DNA of 62,286 nt from Bacteroidales bacterium (GCA_046482855.1 JAWOEH010000210.1:1-62286); one strand, 5' to 3'. Shown: positions 38,689-50,304, counted from the stretch's first letter. The notes: generated from the letters alone by a model not told the origin. A program made the numbers and translations.

Positions 38689-39873
38689 TTATTCAACGTA
38701 AACTACTAACCCTTTCAGGTACTCACTCTCGGGATGATAGATGTTTACCGGGTGATCGACGGGTTGTGTGAGCTGATGAAGGATGCGCACTTTGCGTCCT
38801 GTGTTGGCGGCAGCCGTAAATACCGATTTTCTGAAGTTTTCCTTTGATACCACTTGCGAGCAGGAAAAGGTAAAGAGTATACCGCCGGGTTTAATTTTCT
38901 CTAACGCCTTTCGGTTAAGTTTTTTGTATCCTTGTAGGGCATTGTGCAATACATTGTGGTGTTTGGCAAAAGCCGGGGGATCCAATATGATAAGATCGAA
39001 GGAGTCGTCCATTTTGTCCAAAAATGAAAAGGCATCCTCGGCATAAGCAAAATGATTTGAACAATCGGGGAAGTTTAGGTTTACATGTTCGTTTGTAAGA
39101 TCAATAGCAAGTTTTGAGCTGTCGACTGAATGCACCTCCTTTGCCTCTCCGGCCAGAGCGTAGAGCGAGAAACCTCCTGTATAACCAAACATGTTTAGCA
39201 CAGTGCGTTTTTTTGCGTAGTGTTTCACCAGGCTGCGGCTATCACGTTGGTCAACAAAGAAACCGGTCTTCTGCCCCTCTTCCCAGTTGATGCGGAATTT
39301 AAGGCCATTCTCTTCCACTAAAGTATCTTCGGCTTTGCCGATGAGGTATTCATCCACTGGTTCGATATTGGCTTTGTGTGGCAGTGTATTAGCACTTTTA
39401 TCATAAATGGCCTTCACAGGTAATGGCATCATTTCCTGAAGCAACTGGGCCAATTCTTTGCGAATTTTGTACATCCCGATGGAGTGCATTTGCATTACCA
39501 AGGTGCCGTTATAGTAATCCACAATTAATCCGGGTAGATCATCGCCTTCGGCATGTATCAATCGGAAAACATTGGTTTGTGGACGGCTGAAAAAATCCAT
39601 GTTGCTGCGATATTCAATAACCGATTGAAGTTTTTGCTTCCAAAAAGCTTCATCAATTGGGGTTTGTGTAAAGGAAATTATTCGAATGGCTATGGAGCCA
39701 ATCTGGTAATGTCCTAAACCTAAGAACTCATCCTTATTATTGGTTACCTCAACAATATCACCCTCCTCAACCGGGCCTTTGATCTTTTTTATAGCACCAC
39801 TAAACACCCAGGGATGGCGACGCATTAGGGATTGATCTTTTCCCGACTTCAATATTACTTGTGTATAGGACAT
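38689..39873 (-). CDS. rlmI: 23S rRNA m5C1962 methyltransferase-like (PUA plus SAM MTase)
   Basis: HPWVFSG, EGDDLPGL, GQKTGFFVDQR and ILDPPAF motifs. Confidence 0.88.
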   Translation of the reverse strand: MSYTQVILKSGKDQSLMRRHPWVFSGAIKKIKGPVEEGDIVEVTNNKDEFLGLGHYQIGSIAIRIISFTQTPIDEAFWKQKLQSVIEYRSNMDFFSRPQTNVFRLIHAEGDDLPGLIVDYYNGTLVMQMHSIGMYKIRKELAQLLQEMMPLPVKAIYDKSANTLPHKANIEPVDEYLIGKAEDTLVEENGLKFRINWEEGQKTGFFVDQRDSRSLVKHYAKKRTVLNMFGYTGGFSLYALAGEAKEVHSVDSSKLAIDLTNEHVNLNFPDCSNHFAYAEDAFSFLDKMDDSFDLIILDPPAFAKHHNVLHNALQGYKKLNRKALEKIKPGGILFTFSCSQVVSKENFRKSVFTAAANTGRKVRILHQLTQPVDHPVNIYHPESEYLKGLVVYVE

Positions 39874-39884
39874 GTATTTTTCTG

Positions 39885-40460
39885 TTAGGTTGCTTGTTCT
39901 AAACGGTCATAAATCTCCAGACATACCCATGCATCGGTTGCAGCATAACGCTGTTGACCTTCTGAGAGCTCATCGCGTTCCCAATTGGAGAGTTGTTGGT
40001 TTTTTGAAATGCGTATATCCAGGGTAATGCCAGCTAGTTTTTTCAGGCTTTTTACCTCAATGTCGTAATTTGGCACGATTTCCTGAAGGTCGATAAAAGC
40101 TTCAGGCTCAAAATCAGCAAACTCTTTTAATGCTTTGATGTCATCTTTCAGGCCCAACCCAATTTTGGTAATGGTAGGGGTGGCCAATATCGCTTGCAGT
40201 TCTTTTGGAAAGCCTATTTTATTTAAGCGGAATAAGTAGGCTGCATCCCTTGTTGCTAATTGTACAAGGGCGGTAGAGTTGATGCGTCCTTTTTTAAAAG
40301 AAGGCCGGGTTTCGGTATCGAACCCCAGGATGGAATGGTATTTTAAATCGGCAATTGCCGGAGCCACTTTTTCCGGGGTGTCGATAACATAAATGGTTCC
40401 TGTGAATTGTATCAGAGGCAGTTCGTTGAGCTGCTCTTTTGAAATATTTTCTGCAAACAT
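39885..40460 (-). CDS. 3'-5' exonuclease (DEDDy, WRN-exo-like)
   Basis: GFDTETRP, SNWE and YAATDAW motifs. Confidence 0.9.
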   Translation of the reverse strand: MFAENISKEQLNELPLIQFTGTIYVIDTPEKVAPAIADLKYHSILGFDTETRPSFKKGRINSTALVQLATRDAAYLFRLNKIGFPKELQAILATPTITKIGLGLKDDIKALKEFADFEPEAFIDLQEIVPNYDIEVKSLKKLAGITLDIRISKNQQLSNWERDELSEGQQRYAATDAWVCLEIYDRLEQAT

Positions 40461-40462
40461 GT

Positions 40463-41095
40463 TTATTGATCTTTGTAATCAGCTTGACGCTGTGTTAAAA
40501 TCCAGTTACGGGTATCAATGTCTTCCAGAGTCGGATTTTGCTGGTTTTCTTCCTCGTCCTCCTCTTCTTCCAGGTCGTCGGTTCCGTAATATACCCGGTG
40601 CAAGGCACGCATGGCGTTGGCACACTTCTGACCCCAAAACTCCTCAAAATTCATTTGTATTTCCCACAAGGCATCATTCATTAAATCATCATTACCTACG
40701 TGATACAGGGAGATAAAGTTCTTTAAATCCTGGTAGATATCAGCCATATTGTCGGCAAGACTGGCAGTGCTCTGCAATTCGTCCTCATGGGTTTGGGGAT
40801 CAAAAATCTCCGGGTACTCATCGTGATAACCTAATTTTTGTTTCACCTTATTGTGGATTTGAATCCACTCTTCTTCCGCAACAAAGTGTTCATTGTCATC
40901 ATCGAAAATCGATTCGGTTTTCGGGAGCAAAGTACCTTTCAGGTAAAGTAAAGGTAAAAGTTGGTGAAGCTTGCGAACATAATCTTTCTTTCGGAACTGT
41001 GGTGTATGCTCAACAAACAGACAAAAATCTGCTGCCAATTGTACAAATTCTGTTACGTTTTGCGAAAAATGCAAAGCTTTCGATTGATCTTCCAT
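40463..41095 (-). CDS. DUF5063-like protein
   Basis: EFVQLAADFCLF, LPLLYLKG, ADIYQDLKNF and FWGQ pattern typical of this Bacteroidota family. Confidence 0.75.
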   Translation of the reverse strand: MEDQSKALHFSQNVTEFVQLAADFCLFVEHTPQFRKKDYVRKLHQLLPLLYLKGTLLPKTESIFDDDNEHFVAEEEWIQIHNKVKQKLGYHDEYPEIFDPQTHEDELQSTASLADNMADIYQDLKNFISLYHVGNDDLMNDALWEIQMNFEEFWGQKCANAMRALHRVYYGTDDLEEEEDEEENQQNPTLEDIDTRNWILTQRQADYKDQ

Positions 41096-41166
41096 GATTT
41101 TAACCCCTTAATTCTGCGCAAAGTTATAAAATTGAAACAAATATGGAACAAAAATATTCGCTACCC

Positions 41167-43080
41167 TTAGGGGTGATCTTGCCAGCGAAGAAAAAGGGTA
41201 TCGGACGCTTCTTTAATTTTGCCGTTATCCATTAGCCAGCGTACCACTTCGGTAGCCTCTTCTTTTTGTTGACGGAAAAGGGCTATTAACGTTTCGCGCG
41301 AGTGCGACTCGTCTTCGAGATATTTTTGAATTTGTTCGCTAATTTGCCGGAAGGTTTCTTTGGTTAGGGGCTGTTTCTTGCGTTCTTCACATCTGTCGCA
41401 ATGTCCGCAAGGCGTTGCTGCTTTTTCGCCAAAATAGTTAAGTAAGTATTGGCTTCGGCAGACTATCTCCGGTTGTACATAGCCTAACATGGCATCACTT
41501 CGTTTCAAGTATCTCTCTTTGCGAGTTTGGTAATGCATTTGCGAAACGGAAACCGAACGGGGCTCCAAACGCTCTTCCAAAAATGTAATAATTGGCGTAT
41601 CGCGTTTAGGGACGTAATAGATAATATTATGGTTTTTTAGTCGGTTAAGGTATTCATAAATAACCTCAACCGAAGTATTGGCCCGTTTAGCTAGCACTTC
41701 TTCATCGATGGGGGTGAACTCGGAAAACATTCCGCTATAGGAGCGTAGCAGTAATTTTATAAAGGCATCGTAGTGAGCGTTTTTTACCTGGTATTTGTAA
41801 AGCTCATCCCGGGGAATGGCGAAGTATACCTTTGCTTGCATGTCGGCATCGGCGTGGTAAACCAGGTAGCCTTCATAAGCTAAAAACTTTAGTGCACTAT
41901 ATACGTGTAGGATGGGAAAATTGTATTGGGACGAAAATTTTCGAATATTAAAATCATAGGTACTTAATTTCCCTCCTTGGTAAGGAATGCGCAGGAAACT
42001 GCCTAACGCATTGTATACTTGTTTAATGAATTCAATAGGGGGAAAAGAGGATTTGATGCGGTCTTCCATCTTTCTTTTGTCCGATGGGCTATACAAAAGC
42101 ACAGCAACAGCCATTTTCTCATCTCTGCCTGCACGACCTGCTTCTTGAAAATAGGCCTCGGGGCTGTCGGGAAGATCCAGATGAATAACAAACCGAACAT
42201 TGGGCTTGTCGATACCCATACCAAAGGCATTTGTGCTGACAATTACGCGAATTTTCCCGCTCAACCAAAGTGCTTGTCGTTCATCGCGTAAGGCATGCGA
42301 TAAACCGGCATGATAAAAACTGGCAGCGATTCCGTATTTTCTGAGAAGATTGGCAATTTCACGTGTCTTCTTACGGTTGCGAACATAAATAATACCACTG
42401 CCTTTTGCTCGTTTAAGGGTCTCGATAAGGTAATTTTGTTTATCTTCCAGCGAACGAACCAGGTATTTCAGGTTGTCGCGATAAAAGCTTTTGCGAAGGA
42501 CATGTGGTTTCTTGAACTTAAGTTGTTGTTGAATATCTTCAACCACTTCAGGAGTGGCAGTGGCCGTAAGAGCCAAAAACGGCACATCGGGTAAAAAATC
42601 GCGAAGTGAAGCAATCTTCAGGTAGGCGGGCCGGAAGTCATATCCCCATTGGGAGATGCAGTGTGCCTCGTCAATGGCTATCAGATTGACCTTCATTTTC
42701 TGTGCACGCACCTGGAAGAGCTCTGTGCCTATTCGCTCGGGAGAAATATAGAGAAACTTCACCCCGCCGAAAATGCAGTTGTCAAGGGCAATATCAATTT
42801 CCCGGGCACTCATGCCCGAGTCGATGGAGAGGGCTTTAATCTCTCGTTTACGTAGTTGTGCCACTTGATCTTTCATAAGGGCTATAAGGGGCGTAATGAC
42901 AATGCACACACCTTCCATGGCAAGAGCCGGCACCTGAAAGGTGATGGATTTACCCCCACCCGTAGGCATCAATGCCAAAGTGTCCTGTCCCTGGTACACA
43001 GCAGTAACAATCTCCTTCTGTAACGGCCGAAAGGAGGTGTATCCCCAATGCTGTTGCAAGATCTCCTCGAATTTGTCCAT
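41167..43080 (-). CDS. recQ: RecQ-family DNA helicase
   Basis: MPTGGGKS, DEAHCISQWG, QEAGRAGRD and the Zn-binding CR...CGHCDRC motif. Confidence 0.93.
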   Translation of the reverse strand: MDKFEEILQQHWGYTSFRPLQKEIVTAVYQGQDTLALMPTGGGKSITFQVPALAMEGVCIVITPLIALMKDQVAQLRKREIKALSIDSGMSAREIDIALDNCIFGGVKFLYISPERIGTELFQVRAQKMKVNLIAIDEAHCISQWGYDFRPAYLKIASLRDFLPDVPFLALTATATPEVVEDIQQQLKFKKPHVLRKSFYRDNLKYLVRSLEDKQNYLIETLKRAKGSGIIYVRNRKKTREIANLLRKYGIAASFYHAGLSHALRDERQALWLSGKIRVIVSTNAFGMGIDKPNVRFVIHLDLPDSPEAYFQEAGRAGRDEKMAVAVLLYSPSDKRKMEDRIKSSFPPIEFIKQVYNALGSFLRIPYQGGKLSTYDFNIRKFSSQYNFPILHVYSALKFLAYEGYLVYHADADMQAKVYFAIPRDELYKYQVKNAHYDAFIKLLLRSYSGMFSEFTPIDEEVLAKRANTSVEVIYEYLNRLKNHNIIYYVPKRDTPIITFLEERLEPRSVSVSQMHYQTRKERYLKRSDAMLGYVQPEIVCRSQYLLNYFGEKAATPCGHCDRCEERKKQPLTKETFRQISEQIQKYLEDESHSRETLIALFRQQKEEATEVVRWLMDNGKIKEASDTLFLRWQDHP

Positions 43081-43188
43081 GCGATAGATTTAGCTTTGCA
43101 CGAATTTAGATAATATGGGAATAATAGCGATTAATTTTCGTTTTTTTTGTAATTTGGCACAATTTTAAAATAGTAAAATCTAATAATC

Positions 43189-44658
43189 ATGTCGTTTTTA
43201 GAGGATAAGGTACAAATTGATGGCGTCACATTTGATGATGTATTGCTGATACCCCAATATTCTGAGGTATTACCACGAAATGTGGATGTGTCCACACAAT
43301 TTTCGAGAAATATTCGGTTAAATATTCCCATTGTATCAGCAGCCATGGATACTGTAACCGAGTCGGATCTGGCCATTTCTATTGCCCGATTGGGAGGTAT
43401 TGGTGTGATTCATAAGAACATGACCATCGAGAGTCAGGCTCGCCAGGTGAAGATCGTGAAGCGCGCTGAAAATGGGATGATTTATGAACCTATTACGATT
43501 CGTAAAAGCAATACGGTGGGAGATGCCCTGAAACTTATGGCAGAATATAGCATAGGCGGGATTCCGGTTGTTGATGAAGCCAAAAAGCTTATTGGAATTG
43601 TGACCAATCGTGATTTGCGTTTTGAAAATAATTTGGCACGTCCCATTGTGGAGATAATGACCAAAGATAACCTGATAACTACTGGTAATAAGACAACACT
43701 GGAAGAAGCTGCTCTGATTTTGCAGCAGCATAAAATTGAGAAGCTTCCTGTTGTTGACGGATCTTACCGACTAGTGGGATTGCTCACCTACAAGGATATT
43801 ACGAAAATAAAAGATAACCCATTGGCCTGTAAAGATGAAAAAGGTCGATTGCGTGTAGCTGCTGGTGTGGGTGTTACTGCCGACACCATGGAACGCGTTG
43901 CTGCTTTAGTGGAAGCAGGGGTCGATGCCATTGTGATTGATACAGCTCATGGACATTCACGTGGGGTTATTGAGATGTGTAGGCAGGTAAAAATGCGCTA
44001 TACCGAAATTGATGTTATTGTTGGAAATGTTGGCACAGGCGAAGCCGCTAAAGCGCTTGTTGAGGCTGGTGCCGATGCTGTGAAGGTAGGCATAGGGCCG
44101 GGGTCCATTTGTACTACTCGTGTAATTGCCGGAGTGGGCTTGCCCCAGTTAACAGCTATTTATGAGGTTGCAAAAGCCTTAAAAGGAAGTGGTGTGCCCA
44201 TTATTGGGGATGGCGGCTTGCGTTATTCAGGGGATATTGCAAAAGCAATAGCTTCAGGTGCTGATACGGTAATGGCCGGTTCCCTCTTTGCCGGTGTTGA
44301 AGAGTCGCCGGGAGAAACCATTATTTACAATGGGCGAAAGTTTAAAACGTACCGGGGTATGGGGTCGATTGAAGCCATGCAAAAAGGCTCAAAAGATCGC
44401 TACTTTCAGGATGTTGAAGATGATATTTCTAAATTGGTGCCGGAAGGAATTACCGCCCGGGTACCTTACAAAGGAAGCCTTGTTGAGGTGATATACCAAA
44501 TGACAGGTGGCTTGCGCGCGGGAATGGGCTATTGCGGGGCTGCCGATATTCATGAATTGAAACAGGCGAAGTTTGTGCGTATAACCAATGCTGGTATTGC
44601 CGAGAGTCATCCGCACGATGTGGCAATTACCCGTGAAGCGCCAAATTATAGCAGATAA
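43189..44658 (+). CDS. guaB: IMP dehydrogenase
   Basis: SAAMDTVT, a CBS pair, [13 protein letters not shown] and YRGMGS. Confidence 0.97.
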   Translation: MSFLEDKVQIDGVTFDDVLLIPQYSEVLPRNVDVSTQFSRNIRLNIPIVSAAMDTVTESDLAISIARLGGIGVIHKNMTIESQARQVKIVKRAENGMIYEPITIRKSNTVGDALKLMAEYSIGGIPVVDEAKKLIGIVTNRDLRFENNLARPIVEIMTKDNLITTGNKTTLEEAALILQQHKIEKLPVVDGSYRLVGLLTYKDITKIKDNPLACKDEKGRLRVAAGVGVTADTMERVAALVEAGVDAIVIDTAHGHSRGVIEMCRQVKMRYTEIDVIVGNVGTGEAAKALVEAGADAVKVGIGPGSICTTRVIAGVGLPQLTAIYEVAKALKGSGVPIIGDGGLRYSGDIAKAIASGADTVMAGSLFAGVEESPGETIIYNGRKFKTYRGMGSIEAMQKGSKDRYFQDVEDDISKLVPEGITARVPYKGSLVEVIYQMTGGLRAGMGYCGAADIHELKQAKFVRITNAGIAESHPHDVAITREAPNYSR

Positions 44659-44676
44659 AACATAATCCATAACACC

Positions 44677-46578
44677 ATGTTTAGGACCCTTTTTTTGCTT
44701 GTCGCATTATCTTGTCTTAGTCTGTTTTCGCAGGCTCAGAACATTTTGCTGGAGGTTGGCCATCATCAGGTTACCGTTGATGAGTTTTTACACTATTATC
44801 AGAAGAACAGAGTGAATCAGGCTACCGGCAAGGTTACACCCATTGACCAATACCTTGAGATGTTTATCGATTTTAAACTAAAGGTGGCCGAAGCACAGCG
44901 ATTAAAGTTGGATACACTCTCTTCGTTTAAAGAGGAGTTAAATCATTATACCCAGCAACTGAGTCGCCCTTATCTGGTCGATGCGCAGGAGGTGGAACGT
45001 TTGGTTAAGGAGGCTTATGAGCGAAAGCAACAACAGGTACATGCCAGTCATATCTTGATTCGCTTACCGGAATATGCCTATCCTAAAGACACACTTTACG
45101 CGTATCGGAAGATTCAAAAAATCAGACAGCGTGTAAAACATGATTTATTTGAGGAAGTTGCGAAAGGAACTTCGGAAGATCCCTCGGTGAAAAGAAATGC
45201 CGGCGATTTGGGCTACTTTACCGCCCTGCAAATGGTGTATCCATTTGAAAGTGCAGCCTATAGCCTGAAGCCCGGTGAAATTTCCGAACCTGTTCGAACA
45301 GCCTATGGCTACCACCTGATAAAGAGCCATGATAAACGCAAAAATTGGGGACGTGTTAAGGTTGCTCATATTATGCTGTTAACACCAGCTAGTCTTACAT
45401 CTAGCGAGCAACAGCAGAAGAAAAAGCAGATAAATGAGTTGTATCATATGCTAATGGAGGGAGAGGATTTTGCCGAATTAGCTGAAAATTATTCGGAGGA
45501 TAAAGGTACAGCCCATACCGGAGGCGAATTGCCTTGGTTTGAGCAGGGCGATATGGTGGCCGCTTTTGAGGAAGCCGCTTTTGAGCTCGCTCGCGATGAT
45601 GCTTTTTCAAAACCAGTAAAAACATCTTATGGTTGGCATATCATTAAACGGCTTGATAGAGAACAACCCGGATCCTTTCAGGAAGAGAAGGATGCTTTGA
45701 AAAAACAGGTATTGCGTAGCCAGCGAGCGCAGATTGCCGTGGATAGCCTGGTTGCAAAGCTCTTGCGCAAACACCAGGCTCGTCTTTACCCACAACACCT
45801 TGGTTACTTTTATGCACCCGCCAGCAATCAGGCGGAGCTTTTCGATACACTCATGGTGTATAAAGATCGACGCTATCGGTTAGCCGACTTTCAGAAGCAT
45901 ATGGCTGCTCGATTACCTCACGACAGTTTGATGCATAATCCGATTGTGGTACATCGTGAATACTTGAGTTTTATCCAGGATAGTGTTCTGGGCAGTCGAA
46001 AGGCCGAACTTGCCGAGCTCTTTCCCGAGTATCGGTACCTGCTGAAAGAATATCACGATGGCTTGCTATTGTTTGAGCTAATGGATAAGCGTATATGGGG
46101 GAAGAGCGCAGAGGATAGTGTTGCTTTACGCCAATATTACCAGACACATAAAGATGACTATATGTGGCCTGAACGTTTTAAGGGTGTGGTTTACGAATGC
46201 CAATCGGCAAAAATTTGTAAACAGGTAGCAAAAGCTCGTCGTGGAGGATGGTTTAAAAAGGGACTATCCGATGAGCAGTTGTTAAACCGTTTTAACGAAG
46301 ATGAAAAAATGTTAACAATCACCTCTGGCATTTTTAGTCAGGGAGAAAATGGTTACATTGACGCCTATGTTTGGGGAGACAAACAATTACCCGGTTATGT
46401 GCTGGTAAAGGGCAAGGAAATCAAGCCTCAACCGAAACCTTTCTTGCAAGTGAAAGGACAGGTAATGGCCGATTATCAGCAAGAATTGGAAGAGGAGCTA
46501 AAGAAGGAATTACGCAATAGGTACAAAATTGAGATTCATGAGCAAAACTGGCAACAGACCAAAGCAAAGTTTAATTAA
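44677..46578 (+). CDS. Periplasmic parvulin-type PPIase with two rotamase domains
   Basis: Signal peptide, ASHILI...GDLGYF...RTAYGYHLIK and VAHIML...GGELPWF...TSYGWHIIK. Confidence 0.88.
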   Translation: MFRTLFLLVALSCLSLFSQAQNILLEVGHHQVTVDEFLHYYQKNRVNQATGKVTPIDQYLEMFIDFKLKVAEAQRLKLDTLSSFKEELNHYTQQLSRPYLVDAQEVERLVKEAYERKQQQVHASHILIRLPEYAYPKDTLYAYRKIQKIRQRVKHDLFEEVAKGTSEDPSVKRNAGDLGYFTALQMVYPFESAAYSLKPGEISEPVRTAYGYHLIKSHDKRKNWGRVKVAHIMLLTPASLTSSEQQQKKKQINELYHMLMEGEDFAELAENYSEDKGTAHTGGELPWFEQGDMVAAFEEAAFELARDDAFSKPVKTSYGWHIIKRLDREQPGSFQEEKDALKKQVLRSQRAQIAVDSLVAKLLRKHQARLYPQHLGYFYAPASNQAELFDTLMVYKDRRYRLADFQKHMAARLPHDSLMHNPIVVHREYLSFIQDSVLGSRKAELAELFPEYRYLLKEYHDGLLLFELMDKRIWGKSAEDSVALRQYYQTHKDDYMWPERFKGVVYECQSAKICKQVAKARRGGWFKKGLSDEQLLNRFNEDEKMLTITSGIFSQGENGYIDAYVWGDKQLPGYVLVKGKEIKPQPKPFLQVKGQVMADYQQELEEELKKELRNRYKIEIHEQNWQQTKAKFN

Positions 46579-47413
46579 GTATTTAGGTATAGGCGCTTTG
46601 TTCTTGTTGGTTGGCGCCTGCAATACGTCAATACACGATGATGAGGAGCCTTTAGCTCAAGTGCATGATCGATTTCTTTATTTATCTGAAATAGAATCAA
46701 TCATCCCTAAAAGTGCTAATGCCTCTGATAGCGCTAAGTTTGTAAATAACTACATCAATAGGTGGGTACGCAAACAATTGCTGGTGGATCAGGCGGAACA
46801 TCTGCTCGATGAAGATTCTCGAAATATCTCACGACAAGTAGAGGATTATCGCAACTCCTTGCTTATCTATAAATATCAACAAAAGTTAATCCAGCAAAAG
46901 CTTGATACTGTCGTGACTGATAAGGAGATGGAATCCTACTATAACGAGTACAAAAGTAATTTTATCTTACCGAATAATATTGTTAAAGCATTATACATAA
47001 AATTGCCCAAAACATCGCCTGATGTGCATAAAGTAAAGCAGCTATACAAGTCAGATGATCCTGATGATCAGAGCAGGTTGCAAGATTACTGCTATCAGTA
47101 TGCGGTGAAGTATGATCACTTTGATAATGAATGGATTAATTTCAAGCAGGTTTTGGGGCAAATACCCACAGATATTAACGACGAAGAACGGTTTCTGCGG
47201 TTTCGTAAATATATGGAAACGGAAGATTCTTTATTTCTTTACTTCCTGCGTATTAAAGATTACCATTTGCAAGGATCTGAGCAACCACTGGCTTATGCCA
47301 AAAGTCGCATACGTTCAATTATATTGAATAAACGTAAGTTTAACTTTATCGAAGAGTTAGAGAACGAAGTCTATAATAAGGCATTAAATCGAAACGAATT
47401 TGTCATTTACTAA
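46538..47413 (+). CDS. Lipoprotein of the PPIase/SurA cluster
   Basis: LLVGAC lipobox and a SurA-N-like helical region; lies between the two PPIase genes. Confidence 0.72.
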   Translation: MSKTGNRPKQSLIKYLGIGALFLLVGACNTSIHDDEEPLAQVHDRFLYLSEIESIIPKSANASDSAKFVNNYINRWVRKQLLVDQAEHLLDEDSRNISRQVEDYRNSLLIYKYQQKLIQQKLDTVVTDKEMESYYNEYKSNFILPNNIVKALYIKLPKTSPDVHKVKQLYKSDDPDDQSRLQDYCYQYAVKYDHFDNEWINFKQVLGQIPTDINDEERFLRFRKYMETEDSLFLYFLRIKDYHLQGSEQPLAYAKSRIRSIILNKRKFNFIEELENEVYNKALNRNEFVIY

Positions 47414-47447
47414 TCCCAGAAATAAAACCTATTCTTACATGATACGA

Positions 47448-48791
47448 ATGAAAAAATATGTCAGCCTGCTTCTTATTTCCCTTATGAGCGCCCTAAGTGC
47501 TCATAGCTATGCACAGGAAATTGTGGATAGAATTGTTGCTACGGTTGGAGAAAAGATTGTTTTACAGTCCGATGTTGAAAATCAGGTGTTGCAAATGCGT
47601 GCCCAGGGAGCTTACAAGGGGGGCGATATACATTGTGATGTATTGGAGCAGCTGTTGGTGCAAAAGCTGCTGCTTAATCAGGCGGAGTTAGATAGTGTAG
47701 AGGTAAGTGCCAGCCGTGTTGAGCAGGAATTGGAAATGCGATTGCTCCATTTTGTCCGACAGGTAGGCTCTCAAAAGAAATTGGAGGACTATTACAAAAA
47801 ATCGATGGCGGAGATTAAGGAGGATTTCCGTCCGGTGATTCGTGATCAGATGATTACTGAAACCATGCGCCAAAATATAACTACAGGCATAGATGTTTCA
47901 CCCAGGGAGGTTCGGGATTATTATAATCAGTTGCCCAAGGATAGTATTCCGATGATCGATCCTAAGTACAAGTTAGCACAGGTAGCTGTTTACCCTACCG
48001 AAAGTGAAGAGGCAAAATTGAAGGCTCGGGAGAAACTCCTGGAATTACGTGAGCGCGTGTTGCAGGGAGAACGATTTAGTACATTGGCTGTATTGTACTC
48101 ACAGGATCCGGGCAGTGCTCGTCAGGGTGGCGAGATTGGTTTTCGTACACGTCAGGAGCTCGATCCGGAATTTGCAAAGACAGCTTTTAGCTTGAAAGAG
48201 GGACAGGTATCCAGAATTATTCGCTCAAGCTTTGGCTATCACATCATTCAAATGATTGGCCGTGAAGGCGAACAGGTGAATGTACGGCATATCCTGATAA
48301 TTCCTGAGATAACAGCCGACCAACGACAAAAAGCAATAAGTCGGTTGGATAGTGTGAAAACATTGATTCAGCAAGATAGTCTGACATTTGTTGAAGCTGC
48401 TATCATCTACTCTGAAGATCAACGATCACGTATGAGCAAAGGCCTTTTTATGAATCCTATGAATTCTGATCCTTACTGGACTGCCGACGTCCTGCCTGCT
48501 GAAGAATACGAAGCCGTAAAAGATCTTGAGGAGGGCGAGATTGCTGGCCCGTTTCTCACTCGTGATGAGGAGAATAAAGATGTGTACAAACTCATGAAGC
48601 TTCAGGAACGTACCAAGCCTCACAGAGCAAACTTGGAACAAGATTATGCAACCATTAAAGAGATGTTGATTGCTCATAAAAAAAGGGAAAAGGTGGAGAA
48701 TTGGACAAAGGAGAAACGAGCCGCTACCTATATTCATGTCGATGATGCCTTTATGGATTGTGAGTTCTTGAAGAAAGGGTGGCTAAAATAG
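47448..48791 (+). CDS. surA: SurA-like chaperone/PPIase
   Basis: Signal peptide, IVDRIVATVG, YSQDPGSA.GGEIG, SSFGYHII and VRHILI. The start may instead be 47439. Confidence 0.85.
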   Translation: MKKYVSLLLISLMSALSAHSYAQEIVDRIVATVGEKIVLQSDVENQVLQMRAQGAYKGGDIHCDVLEQLLVQKLLLNQAELDSVEVSASRVEQELEMRLLHFVRQVGSQKKLEDYYKKSMAEIKEDFRPVIRDQMITETMRQNITTGIDVSPREVRDYYNQLPKDSIPMIDPKYKLAQVAVYPTESEEAKLKAREKLLELRERVLQGERFSTLAVLYSQDPGSARQGGEIGFRTRQELDPEFAKTAFSLKEGQVSRIIRSSFGYHIIQMIGREGEQVNVRHILIIPEITADQRQKAISRLDSVKTLIQQDSLTFVEAAIIYSEDQRSRMSKGLFMNPMNSDPYWTADVLPAEEYEAVKDLEEGEIAGPFLTRDEENKDVYKLMKLQERTKPHRANLEQDYATIKEMLIAHKKREKVENWTKEKRAATYIHVDDAFMDCEFLKKGWLK

Positions 48792-48801
48792 ATATCCAAT
48801 T

Positions 48802-50304
48802 ATGATGCATAAGTTGCTCTTTTTGATTTTGGGGGTATTTTGCGCTACCTTGGGGGTAGCACAGGATACCCCCAAAAAGATGAAGATAGAGATTCGACGA
48901 GCCGATTACATTGAGTTTGATGAGAATATCGGGAATCAGGCACGACGAATTGTGGGAGATGTTTTGTTTGAACATAATCAGGTGTTGATGCACTGTGATA
49001 GTGCCTATTCCTATCCGACAAATAAAATCGAGGCTTTTGGAAATGTGCACGTTAATCAGGGCGATACATTGCATATGTATGGCGATTATTTGGAATATGA
49101 TGGCAATACAAATAATGGGAAAGTAAAATATAACGTTCGACTTCGGGACGATGAGACGCTTTTAGTTACTGACACACTTTATTTTAACTCTCGCACAAGC
49201 ATTGCCAACTATTTAACGGGAGGAACGATTACGAATAAAGACCAACAACTTGATAGTAGAATTGGGTTCTATTATTCCAGTAGGAAAATTGTGCATTTTA
49301 AAGATAGTGTACGTATTACCACCCCCGATTACCTTGTGAAGACCGATACACTGAAGTATAACCTCAGCTCAGAAACAGCCTATTTTCTTGGCCCTACCGA
49401 AATGTTTAGCGAAGAGCATTACCTCTATTGCGAGCGTGGTAATTTTAAGGCAAATGAAAAGACTTTCCAATGTGAGCAAAATGTCTATTACAAAAATGGC
49501 TCCAGCTTCATGTGGAGCGATTTCCTGTTTTATAACGACAGCCTCGATTATGGATGGGCCCGGCAAAATGTACGCATGGAGGATACCGTCGAACGCGTGA
49601 TCATGACGGGACATTATGCCTACTACAAACAGGAACCGGAAATGGGCTACGTGACCGATAGCGCCCTGATGATTATCTACGATGAGAAAGATTCGCTGTT
49701 TTTACATGCCGATACCCTTTATTCGAATGTTGACAGCACCGGAGAGGAGCATGTTTTTAAAGCGTATAAAAAAGCCCAATTTTACCGCTCCGATCTACAA
49801 GGTCGTTGCGATAGTTTGGTATACCAAACACACGACTCCTCTATTACCATGTATCAGCTTCCGGTTCTTTGGAGTGGGCAAAATCAAATAACTGCCGCTC
49901 AAATGACCTTTTACCTGAAGGATGAAGCCATCGACCGCTTTGAGATGGGTGGGAATGCCTTGATTATTAGTAAGGAAGATACAAGTAACTATAACCAACT
50001 TAGGGGTAAGGTGATGAAAGGATTTTTTCGTCAGGGCGATTTACGTCGGGTTGATGTATTTGGGAATGCCCAATCGATTTATTTTACCCGCGATAAGGAA
50101 GAGCTGATTGGGATTAATCAGGCTGAAAGTAGCGATATGCGTATTCTTATGGTCGACTCACAGGTAACCAGTGTAAATATGATTCTAAAACCTGATGGAA
50201 CGATGTATCCTGTAGGGCAATTGGAAGAGACCAAATTGAGTGGCTTTGAGTGGCTGGAGCCTTTGCGTCCCATATCCCCAAAGTCTGTATTTATATGGAA
50301 ATAA
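48802..50304 (+). CDS. OstA/LptA-LptD-like beta-jellyroll protein (LPS transport)
   Basis: MHCDSA, EAFGNVHVNQGDT and repeated beta motifs; follows surA. Confidence 0.8.
   Translation: MMHKLLFLILGVFCATLGVAQDTPKKMKIEIRRADYIEFDENIGNQARRIVGDVLFEHNQVLMHCDSAYSYPTNKIEAFGNVHVNQGDTLHMYGDYLEYDGNTNNGKVKYNVRLRDDETLLVTDTLYFNSRTSIANYLTGGTITNKDQQLDSRIGFYYSSRKIVHFKDSVRITTPDYLVKTDTLKYNLSSETAYFLGPTEMFSEEHYLYCERGNFKANEKTFQCEQNVYYKNGSSFMWSDFLFYNDSLDYGWARQNVRMEDTVERVIMTGHYAYYKQEPEMGYVTDSALMIIYDEKDSLFLHADTLYSNVDSTGEEHVFKAYKKAQFYRSDLQGRCDSLVYQTHDSSITMYQLPVLWSGQNQITAAQMTFYLKDEAIDRFEMGGNALIISKEDTSNYNQLRGKVMKGFFRQGDLRRVDVFGNAQSIYFTRDKEELIGINQAESSDMRILMVDSQVTSVNMILKPDGTMYPVGQLEETKLSGFEWLEPLRPISPKSVFIWK

Noticed and set aside
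43154..43171. TGGCAC upstream of guaB as a sigma-54 promoter
   Set aside because: There is no GC at the -12 position (GG-N10-AA).
43189..50304. Three PPIase/SurA-like genes plus ostA behind guaB as a novel system
   Set aside because: This is a familiar conserved Bacteroidota envelope-biogenesis cluster.
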